Shown here in pieces: positions 56,947 to 64,000 of a stretch of DNA of 64,000 nucleotides (positions are counted from its first letter, which is position 1; every line of letters starts with the position of its first letter). A program made the translations under genes and the position numbers. Location of the stretch: assembly GCA_021741685.1 (NCBI GenBank), contig JAIOXI010000002.1, positions 604 through 64,603 of the forward strand, read 5' to 3'. This stretch comes from Rhodoluna sp. Lineage in GTDB: Bacteria > Actinomycetota > Actinomycetes > Actinomycetales > Microbacteriaceae. Below the pieces are notes generated by a model that was not told the origin of the DNA, did not search any database, and was given only the letters and a program-made list of their open reading frames with translations.

Positions 56947-57954
56947 TTACTTGCTTGAAGCCTTGTCGACACCCAGAATGTCAATTACAAAAACTAGGGT
57001 CGAGTTTGCCGGTATCGACTCTGAGGCTTGGTCTCCATAACCGAAGCTCGGCGGGATGATTGCCATCACCTGAGAGCCAACCACAGCGCCATCCAGTGCG
57101 TCAACGAAACCTTTGATGAATCCGGTCTCGGTGAGTGACCACTGCACGGGCGCACCCGCGTTCCAAGATGAATCGAACTGGGTTCCGTTGCTCCAGAGAA
57201 AACCGCTGTAGTGCAGGGTAACCGTGTCACCGATGGCAACCGTTTCACCGCGACCCTTGATCAGGTCGACAATTTTCAATTCGGCTGGAGCTTGGCTCTT
57301 TGGAATTTGAACCCCTGGCTGACCGCTGGCTGCTAGCACCACGGTTGGAAGACCTGTCTGAGCTGGCTGGGCTTCACCAACAGCCTTTGGCAGGTAAACC
57401 CGTTGAAGGTCGATTACGAAAATCAGATTATCGGTTGCGGCGATGCCGCTTGCTGGGTCACCGAGACCGTCGTGCGCCATCGCGGCTGGAATCAAAACGG
57501 CCACTCTCGACCCCTCATTAACTCCAGAGAGGGCGTGACAGAAATCAAGTTTTTGTCCGGTTGTGAAGAACTGAGCAACTGCGTCAGTGCCATCGTATTT
57601 TGATGCCGCAAATTCGTTTCCGTTGCCGGCGTTATAGGCCACGTATTCAAACTTGACCTCGGCCCCACCCTTGAATGCTGGCCCAGTGCCTTCAATCAAA
57701 ACCTTGGTTTCCATTACATCTGTGCTCAGCGGAGAGGTGAAAGTGACAGTCGGTTTGGTTCCGAAGGCCCCGGTTGCGCTGATTTTTGCTGAGGCATCAC
57801 CCGTGGTGAACTTCTCGCAAACTTCGGGAAGCGAGGCGTAGTCGGCATCTAAACCGGTTGGTGCCGCGGAGCAACCTGAAATGGTCACGGTTAGAGCGAC
57901 GATCGCCGCTGCGAGGAATTTGCGCAAGTTGATACTTTCTGTTGTGTTGGTCAA
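56947..57954 (-). CDS. Two-domain FKBP-type peptidyl-prolyl isomerase lipoprotein
   Basis: Lipobox ISGC; two FKBP-like domains (..LIFVIDL; HYSG..W..G.QFDSSW...IPP.FGYG...IPANSTLVFVIDIL). Confidence 0.92.
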   Translation of the reverse strand: MTNTTESINLRKFLAAAIVALTVTISGCSAAPTGLDADYASLPEVCEKFTTGDASAKISATGAFGTKPTVTFTSPLSTDVMETKVLIEGTGPAFKGGAEVKFEYVAYNAGNGNEFAASKYDGTDAVAQFFTTGQKLDFCHALSGVNEGSRVAVLIPAAMAHDGLGDPASGIAATDNLIFVIDLQRVYLPKAVGEAQPAQTGLPTVVLAASGQPGVQIPKSQAPAELKIVDLIKGRGETVAIGDTVTLHYSGFLWSNGTQFDSSWNAGAPVQWSLTETGFIKGFVDALDGAVVGSQVMAIIPPSFGYGDQASESIPANSTLVFVIDILGVDKASSK

Positions 57955-57968
57955 GTTTACGTTCGGGA

Positions 57969-58979
57969 CTATTTTTTGCTGTCAGGCTCGGCAGGCTTGT
58001 CTTGATCTAGACGCGCCTGTGCCGAAGAAGTGGCGTTTCTAACTGTTTTGCGCAACTTCTTGTCGCTGACCGAACGTTCTCCAAGATGGTCAGGATTCCA
58101 AGCGGTCAAGTCTTCGTCGCTGAAGTCTGGCTTCTGCTTTCCCTTGAATCTTGGCAACACGGTGCCCGGAGCGAGTCTCCTGGCCGTCACGAGAAAACCG
58201 GTGTGACCAATCATGCGGTGATCCGGACGCACGGCAAGACCTTGCAGGTGCCAGGTTCTGAACAAGGTCTCAAATGCTTCGGCTTCAGCAAAGTGGCCGC
58301 TGACCTTGACCGCTTCGGTGAATCTCGAGAGTTGGGTCACGGTGGCAACGTAGCCGATGATTAGTCCGCCCGGAACCAGAGCTTCTGCCGCCTCTTCGAC
58401 GCACTCCCAGGGGGCAAGCATGTCGAGCACAACTCGGTCGGCTTCGTGCGTGGCAACAACTTCGGAGAGGCGCTGCTGCAAATCGCCGATGTGAATTTGC
58501 CAATTCTTTGGTTCGTAGCCAAGTTGGCTCACCGCGTTTGCCTTGGCAATTTCGGCAAATTCCGAGCGGCGCTCGAATGAATCTAAGCGTCCGGTTGGCC
58601 CAATGGCTCGAAGCAAGTACATGCTCAAACCGCCAGAACCCACTCCAGCCTCGACCACGCGTGCTCCCGGAAAAATATCACCCATTGTGACGATCAGCGC
58701 TGAGTCTTTTGGGTAGATGATATTTGCCCCGCGAGGCATTGACAGCACGAAGTCGGTTAGCAGTGGCCTAAGTGCCAGGTATTCGATGCCATTGTGATTC
58801 TTGATGACCGAACCCTCGAGTTGACCGATTATGTCATCGTGCTTTAGTTCGCCGCGGTGGGTGCCGAAGCTGCCACCCGCTTCGAGAGTGATCGTGTTGA
58901 GGCGACCCTTGGGGCCGGTGAGTTGAACTCGGTCGCCGATTCGAAACGGACCCCTTGGCAAATTCGCTTTGTCAGACAT
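57969..58979 (-). CDS. trmI: tRNA (adenine58-N1)-methyltransferase TrmI
   Basis: GPFR.GDRVQLT, MPRGA.IIYPKD, EAGVGSG, LDMLAPW, RPDHRM.GHTGFL. Confidence 0.96.
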   Translation of the reverse strand: MSDKANLPRGPFRIGDRVQLTGPKGRLNTITLEAGGSFGTHRGELKHDDIIGQLEGSVIKNHNGIEYLALRPLLTDFVLSMPRGANIIYPKDSALIVTMGDIFPGARVVEAGVGSGGLSMYLLRAIGPTGRLDSFERRSEFAEIAKANAVSQLGYEPKNWQIHIGDLQQRLSEVVATHEADRVVLDMLAPWECVEEAAEALVPGGLIIGYVATVTQLSRFTEAVKVSGHFAEAEAFETLFRTWHLQGLAVRPDHRMIGHTGFLVTARRLAPGTVLPRFKGKQKPDFSDEDLTAWNPDHLGERSVSDKKLRKTVRNATSSAQARLDQDKPAEPDSKK

Positions 58980-59649
58980 CGGTGGCTCGCTTCTCTCGGT
59001 AAAGGTCCGAAAAGTCTTCGGCGGTTAGTCCAAGAAGGGTCGGCCAGATAATTCTGCCCTCTTGTTCAGGCAAAAGCACGATGTTAGGAATACCAATCGC
59101 AATGGCACCCGAGGCCTCTGCAGAAGTCAGGCCGGTCAACGAATCTTCAATAGCTACGCAATCTCTAATGTCTACGCCGAGAAGTTCGGCCGCTCTCAAA
59201 TAAGGCTCTGGATGAGGCTTGCCGCGAGTGACGTCGTCACCGGCCACCACGACATCGAAGTGCCCGGTCGGTAGTCTCTCGGCGACCGAGAGAGCCATTC
59301 GGCGCATTGACATGGTTACCAGTGCGGTTTTTATGCCCTTGGCCTGCAGATCTGCCATTAGTTCTAGTACTCCGGGTCTCCAGACAATCTGCTTTTCTAG
59401 TTTTAGAGTCACCGAATTGGTAAGGATTTCTGTTATCTCAGCGGGTGAGATGTCGATGCCCAATTTTTCTTTGATGATTTCAGTGCTCTCATAGAGGCTC
59501 ATCCCGATGAGTTTCTCGCCATCTTCAGATGTCCACTGCGCTCCCCAACTCTCTGCGAGTTCTTGCTCACTGGATAGCCAATAGTGCTCTGAGTCAATCA
59601 GAGTGCCATCCATGTCCCATAGAACGGCGGCGGGATAGGCGTTAGACAT
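58972..59649 (-). CDS. HAD-family phosphatase
   Basis: WDMDGTLIDS, GKPHPEPY, IEDS..G. Confidence 0.93.
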   Translation of the reverse strand: MSNAYPAAVLWDMDGTLIDSEHYWLSSEQELAESWGAQWTSEDGEKLIGMSLYESTEIIKEKLGIDISPAEITEILTNSVTLKLEKQIVWRPGVLELMADLQAKGIKTALVTMSMRRMALSVAERLPTGHFDVVVAGDDVTRGKPHPEPYLRAAELLGVDIRDCVAIEDSLTGLTSAEASGAIAIGIPNIVLLPEQEGRIIWPTLLGLTAEDFSDLYREKRATDV

Positions 59650-59686
59650 GCGTCAATTTTACCCTTGCAGTTCGCCTAATGTTTAG

Positions 59687-60586
59687 TTGAGGGAATTGGA
59701 GCTCGGTTTGGCAAACCCATTTTTTGAAGGCAAAACCTTATTAGTCGCGTTCGAAGGCTGGAACGACGCCGCCGAGGGTGCGAGCGGACTGCTCAAGCAC
59801 CTGGTCAGCGAGCTCGATGCCGAGGTCGTGGCTGCGGTCGATCCAGAAGACTATTACGACTTTCAGTTTTCACGACCCACTGTGTCAAATGACGAAGACG
59901 GCCAACGCGAGATAAACTGGCCGGGCGCTGAGTTGTTAAGAAGCTCTAAGCAAGCCGCCGAAGAAAATCCTAGATTCGCCGACCTGTTCTTTCTTATCGG
60001 TAACGAACCGGCGCGCAGATGGAAGTCTTTTTCTGCAGAAATAATGGAATTCGTTGAGGATTGCGAAATCGACCAGGTGATTTTTCTGGGAGCGGTTCCA
60101 TCTGATAGCCCGCACACTCGCTCGATTAAAGTGTCGCGCTCAAGTCAGAGTCCGGTGATTCGCCGACAGCTTGCGATTGAACCAAGCGAATACGAAGGTC
60201 CGGTTGGAATCATCTCGGTATTGGCAATGTCGCTAGAAGAGGCGGCTATTCCGTCGGTTGCGCTCTGGGCTCCGGTCCCGCACTATGTTCACAACTCCCC
60301 GTCACCGAAGGCAACGCTGTCACTTTTGATTGAACTTGAAACCCTGCTCGGCCTTCAGTTCAATCACGGAACTCTCGGCGATGATGCCTTCGCATGGGAG
60401 CGCGGAATTGATGAGTTGGCCGAGAATGATGAAGATCTAGCCGCCTATGTAACTCAACTAGAGTCTGCGAGAGACGCGGCCGACGAAAGTGCTGGCAGCG
60501 CAGAGTCACTCGCTCTTGAGTTCGAGAAGTTCCTAGCCCAAGAAGATGGTTCGAACGATTCGGGCGAAAAGAACCTAGGCAACTAG
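59687..60586 (+). CDS. PAC2-family (proteasome assembly chaperone-like) protein
   Basis: AFEGWNDA, DPEDYYDFQF.RP, G.EP..RW, PHTR, YEGPVGI, LWAPVPHY, PKATL; true start may be TTG 59708. Confidence 0.9.
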   Translation: MRELELGLANPFFEGKTLLVAFEGWNDAAEGASGLLKHLVSELDAEVVAAVDPEDYYDFQFSRPTVSNDEDGQREINWPGAELLRSSKQAAEENPRFADLFFLIGNEPARRWKSFSAEIMEFVEDCEIDQVIFLGAVPSDSPHTRSIKVSRSSQSPVIRRQLAIEPSEYEGPVGIISVLAMSLEEAAIPSVALWAPVPHYVHNSPSPKATLSLLIELETLLGLQFNHGTLGDDAFAWERGIDELAENDEDLAAYVTQLESARDAADESAGSAESLALEFEKFLAQEDGSNDSGEKNLGN

Positions 60587-61417
60587 TGCGCCAGCGCTAA
60601 GCAGCGCTAGCAAAGCCAAACCAACCGCGATGCGCCAAATCACAAACGGCATAAACGAGCCTCGGTTCAAATAGCGCAGCAGCGCTACTATCACCGAGAA
60701 ACCAACACCAAACGAAACCACTGTTGCGATGGCGGTTGCCGTCAGATCGCTCGGCGCTAGCTGTTGATATGTGGTTGCGAATTCGAAAGTTCCGCTGGCC
60801 ACCACCGCCGGTATTGCTAGAAGAAAACTGTAGCGAGCCGCCGCCTGCCTGCTGTAACCGAGAAAGAGACCCATCGAGATAGTTCCGCCTGATCTTGAAA
60901 CACCGGGAATCACAGCTAAGGCTTGAGCTAAACCAAATAGAAGGCCGTCACGGGTTGAAATCTCTTCGATGGTTTTAGTGCGTTTGCCGATTTTGTCGGC
61001 AACTGCCAGAACGATTCCAAAAAGAATCAGTGTGACTGCAACAATCCAGAGATTGCGCAGTTGGTTCTCGATTTGATTCTTGAAAATGAGCCCGATAATA
61101 ATCACGGGAAGGCTTCCAACGATGATCAGCCATCCGAGTTTTGCATCTGCCTTCGCCGCATCGTTTTGCTTAGGGTCAGAAAACAGAGAGCCGAACCACG
61201 CGCGAACGATTCTTACGATGTCTTTAAAGAAGTAGATAACTACGGCGGCTTCGGTGCCGAGTTGAATTGTGGCAATGAAGGCGGTGAGCTGTGGTCGACT
61301 CATCTGATCGAGCCCGAGAAGCTGGCTGGCAATCTGCACGTGAGCACTCGATGATATCGGCAGAAATTCGGTCAACCCCTGAATAATGCCGAGGATGATC
61401 GCGTCAAAAAAGTTCAA
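60575..61417 (-). CDS. uppP: Undecaprenyl-diphosphate phosphatase (BacA)
   Basis: GIIQGLTEFLPISSSAH, QLGT, PGVSRSGGTI, AARYSFLL. Confidence 0.97.
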   Translation of the reverse strand: MNFFDAIILGIIQGLTEFLPISSSAHVQIASQLLGLDQMSRPQLTAFIATIQLGTEAAVVIYFFKDIVRIVRAWFGSLFSDPKQNDAAKADAKLGWLIIVGSLPVIIIGLIFKNQIENQLRNLWIVAVTLILFGIVLAVADKIGKRTKTIEEISTRDGLLFGLAQALAVIPGVSRSGGTISMGLFLGYSRQAAARYSFLLAIPAVVASGTFEFATTYQQLAPSDLTATAIATVVSFGVGFSVIVALLRYLNRGSFMPFVIWRIAVGLALLALLSAGALVA

Positions 61418-61632
61418 TCAGTCTCTTCTTCGTTATCGGCCAATTCGAAAGGCAGCCACTCTTCGAACTTTAGGTCGACCGACTCTTCGTAGTCGAGAAA
61501 CGCATCCTTCAGAACCTCGTAGGCGTGTTGCACTGCCGGGTCTTCGTCGGAACGCTTGCTGCTCATAGCCTCGAAGTGCCTCTCGAGAGCGGCGATAAGT
61601 TGCTGAAGTGCGAGTCTCGGTTCGGTAGCCAT
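61414..61632 (-). CDS. Small acidic hypothetical protein upstream of uppP
   Basis: 72-aa helical ORF with its own -10 box (TAGTTT) 6 nt before ATG and a 4-bp overlap with uppP. Confidence 0.78.
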   Translation of the reverse strand: MATEPRLALQQLIAALERHFEAMSSKRSDEDPAVQHAYEVLKDAFLDYEESVDLKFEEWLPFELADNEEETD

Positions 61633-61743
61633 ATGGCAAAACTACCCTGCCCACCGCGTTTTGCGGGTTAAATCGAACTCGCTCGCAAAGTGTGTTCGTG
61701 CTACCATCGTCTTTTGTCGCCGAGTTGAAAAACTCAATCACTC

Positions 61744-61826
61744 GTCCGGGTGGCGGAATGGTAGACGCGCTAGCTTGAGGTGCTAGTCCTCTTCGGGGGG
61801 TGTGGGTTCAAGTCCCATTTCGGACA
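61744..61826 (+). tRNA. tRNA-Leu (anticodon GAG)
   Basis: Acceptor GTCCGGG/TTCGGAC+A, D loop GGAATGGTAGAC, anticodon arm CTAGC-TTGAGGT-GCTAG, long variable arm, T arm GTGGG-TTCAAGT-CCCAT; CCA not encoded. Confidence 0.96.
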
Positions 61827-61848
61827 CGTAGCTTGAGACAGCTAAACG

Positions 61849-61879
61849 AAAAACCCCGCATTCACGTGTGGGGTTTTTT
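61849..61879 (+). terminator. Intrinsic terminator after tRNA-Leu (potentially bidirectional)
   Basis: AAAAACCCCGCA-TTCACG-TGTGGGGTTTTTT. Confidence 0.85.
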
Positions 61880-61905
61880 GTTTGAGCGCCTTTTACACTT
61901 GGATG

Positions 61906-62745
61906 ATGGTCGAACGGGCGGATTCACTCAGCGCAGCGGCCGCATACTCGATAGACGTGGCCAGAGACCTTCTGCAGGGCAAGAGCATCGTGGCTCTCAC
62001 CGGTGCCGGACTAAGCACCGATTCAGGCATTCCCGACTATCGCGGCGAGGGTCGAGTGGCAAAACACCCGATGACCTACGACGTCTTTATGGGTTCTCAC
62101 GAGGCCCGAGTGCGTTACTGGGCCAGAAGCTTTGTCGGCTGGAGCCGAATTGCAGATGCAAAGCCGAATCTCGGCCATCGAAGCTTGTCGGCAGCCCAGG
62201 CCAATGGTCGTTTGGGCAAAATCATCACTCAAAATGTTGACGGTCTTCACCAATCCGCGGGCGCTCTTGACGTTATTGATTTGCACGGCCGATTGGATCG
62301 AGTGGCCTGCACGGGTTGCAAAGAATTGATGAATCGCCTCGACATGGATGCCTTGTTACTCGCGCTGAATCCAAGCGTCAGAAAGAGCGACAGCATTGAA
62401 TTTTCGCCGGATGGCGATGCCGAAGTGGAGGCTCCTGCCGATTTCGCTATTCCCGACTGCCCAAGGTGCTCGGCAATCTTGAAACCAGACGTGGTTTTCT
62501 TTGGTGAGGCTGTTCCCATTGATCGATCGGAACGCGCAATGGCCGCTCTCGAAGCTGCTGAAGCGTTGCTGGTGGCCGGAACCTCGTTGACCGTGAACTC
62601 TGGCATGCGTTTTGCCAGAGCGGCGGCAAAATCGGGTAAGCCGATCGTCATCGTAAACTTGGGTCCAACCAAGGCAGATGAGCTTGCGGTTGCAAAAATT
62701 GAAGCGAACACCTCGCTCGCTCTCGAAAGGTTGTTGCTTGGCTAA
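61906..62745 (+). CDS. NAD-dependent protein deacylase, Sir2 family (class II/SIRT4-like)
   Basis: TGAGLSTDSGIPDYRG, RYWARS..GW, ITQNVDGLH, LHG, CxxC...CxxC, LKPDVVFFGE, GTSL.V; start at ATG 61906 after TACACT. Confidence 0.93.
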   Translation: MVERADSLSAAAAYSIDVARDLLQGKSIVALTGAGLSTDSGIPDYRGEGRVAKHPMTYDVFMGSHEARVRYWARSFVGWSRIADAKPNLGHRSLSAAQANGRLGKIITQNVDGLHQSAGALDVIDLHGRLDRVACTGCKELMNRLDMDALLLALNPSVRKSDSIEFSPDGDAEVEAPADFAIPDCPRCSAILKPDVVFFGEAVPIDRSERAMAALEAAEALLVAGTSLTVNSGMRFARAAAKSGKPIVIVNLGPTKADELAVAKIEANTSLALERLLLG

Positions 62746-63325
62746 GACAGTTGTTGGCTTGCTGCGCCACGGACAAACCGACTGGAACATAGACCTGCGA
62801 CTTCAGGGCGTAACCGACGTGCCGCTGAATGAGACGGGCATAAAGCAAGCCGAGGCTGCCGCGGCATTTTTGCAAAGCAGCGACTGGGATTTCATCGCCA
62901 GCTCTCCCCTGTCGCGAGCGAAAGACACCGCCGATATCGTTGCGAGCAAATTGCAGATAAGTGAAGTTGCGATCGTGCCACTTCTTCTCGAACGATCGTT
63001 TGGCGAAGTTGAAGGCATGATGTATCACGATTGGAAGCGCGACTATCCAGACGGCATTGCTCCGGGCGGCGAAACCGAAGAAGAGTTGCACGCCAGAACC
63101 ATCTTGCTTCTGGACGAGCTGCTCGAAACCTACAGGGGAACCAGGGTTTTAACCATCAGTCACGGAGCCCTTATTCGATCGGTGGTAAACATCCTCAGCC
63201 ACGGCGAATTTCCGCTCGACAAGCAGCGAATCAGCAATGCGTCGCTGAGCATTATCGTGCACGAACAAAACTCCTGGCGAATCGAGAGTTACGAGCCCGC
63301 TTCTCTAGCCGAACGCTCAAAGTAG
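62738..63325 (+). CDS. Histidine phosphatase (phosphoglycerate mutase-like)
   Basis: LRHGQTDWN, SSPL.RA.DTA, E..FG..EG, SHGA; start at TTG 62738. Confidence 0.92.
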   Translation: MAKTVVGLLRHGQTDWNIDLRLQGVTDVPLNETGIKQAEAAAAFLQSSDWDFIASSPLSRAKDTADIVASKLQISEVAIVPLLLERSFGEVEGMMYHDWKRDYPDGIAPGGETEEELHARTILLLDELLETYRGTRVLTISHGALIRSVVNILSHGEFPLDKQRISNASLSIIVHEQNSWRIESYEPASLAERSK

Positions 63326-63353
63326 GGTCGCGGCGGAGGCTATTGCCTCTTGG

Positions 63354-64000
63354 CTAGCGGTATAGCGAGTTGATTGCCTCGATCAGTCCCTCGGCCGAAG
63401 ATTCCCAGTTAAATCTCTTTGCCTGCTCAAGTGACTGTTTGCTGGCCTTTCGCCATTCGGACGGTGGTTCGAGGCTGACAACCTGAGCGGCAAACTGTTC
63501 AGGTGATTTGGGCTCAAAGAACTTGGCGGCCGAACCACCCACCTCTCGAAAGATCTCTATATCGCTCACGATTGCCGGGCAACCCCGACCCATTGCTTCG
63601 ATGACCGGTATGCCAAACCCCTCATCTAAAGAAGCAGAAACCAGAGCAACGGCGTCGTCTAGGTGGCTCAGGTATTCGGCCTCGCTCACTCCATTGTGAA
63701 AAATCACGTTCGAACCCTCGCTGAGAGCCGAGAGTTCTGCCCTGCGCTCATCGGTGATTCTGCTTAGCAAATGCAACTCGTAATTCGGCAAGAGATTCAT
63801 GGCCGAGACAAGCGTTTCGACATTCTTGTAGTCCATGAAGCTGCCCATGTAGATCAGTTTCTGTGTTCCAGTCGGTCTGCTGTGCGCAACCTGGTGTTGT
63901 TCGTCGTTATGCGCTGCAGCGTTATAGACCACGTGAACCTCACGCTTGGTTAACCGATGTTTTGCAATAAGTGCTTTGGTGGTTTGCGACACCGTAACCA
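63354..64000 (-). CDS. Glycosyltransferase family 4; 5' end outside the window
   Basis: YMGSFM.YKN, EGFGIPVIEAM, SDIEIFREVGG, FNW. Confidence 0.9.
   Translation of the reverse strand, partial: VTVSQTTKALIAKHRLTKREVHVVYNAAAHNDEQHQVAHSRPTGTQKLIYMGSFMDYKNVETLVSAMNLLPNYELHLLSRITDERRAELSALSEGSNVIFHNGVSEAEYLSHLDDAVALVSASLDEGFGIPVIEAMGRGCPAIVSDIEIFREVGGSAAKFFEPKSPEQFAAQVVSLEPPSEWRKASKQSLEQAKRFNWESSAEGLIEAINSLYR

Noticed and set aside
61906-62745. Sir2 gene as an anti-phage NADase (Thoeris/DSR type)
   Set aside because: It has the Zn-binding module and the RYWARS signature of class II protein deacylases, with no defence partner genes.
61744-64000. tRNA-Leu as an integration site for an island
   Set aside because: No integrase and no duplicated tRNA 3' end seen in the window; downstream genes look like ordinary metabolism.
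1-64000. CRISPR arrays, IS elements, prophage genes, rRNA
   Set aside because: No regularly spaced repeats, transposase, integrase or phage motifs, or rRNA-like sequence seen; nearly all bases are accounted for by core genes.

Overview
Core-chromosome segment of a gene-dense actinobacterium with moderate GC (about 50-55% by eye). Gene content and order point to Microbacteriaceae, plausibly a streamlined freshwater Rhodoluna/Aquiluna-like lineage (inference). Left to right: PknL-type Ser/Thr kinase, LysM protein, Rv2175c-like regulator and polyprenyl synthase; the dcw cluster (mraZ to divIVA) with the mraW RNA motif; lspA, rluD, dnaE; nrdR-nrdJ; pyrD; a PLP decarboxylase with an aldo-keto reductase; the cytochrome aa3 (ctaCDF, ctaE) and bcc (qcrCAB) genes; trpD; a 28-bp actinobacterial dif site at 46614-46641 (replication terminus, with a gene-orientation switch); rbpA; ppm1-lnt-helY-tatCA-pafCB-FKBP-trmI without the Pup-proteasome genes; PAC2, uppP, tRNA-Leu(GAG), a sirtuin, a histidine phosphatase and a partial GT4 gene. 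No mobile element, prophage or CRISPR array is visible, and I cannot support a wholly new multi-gene system. The most unusual items are a 50-aa histone-H1-like (xxxKK)10 tail on QcrB, a DnaE C-terminal extension overprinted antisense on a flavin reductase gene that carries a clamp-binding-like QxxLxF motif, a remodelled MurE substrate pocket, and a compound NrdR/DnaA/WhiA-like control region before nrdR-nrdJ.
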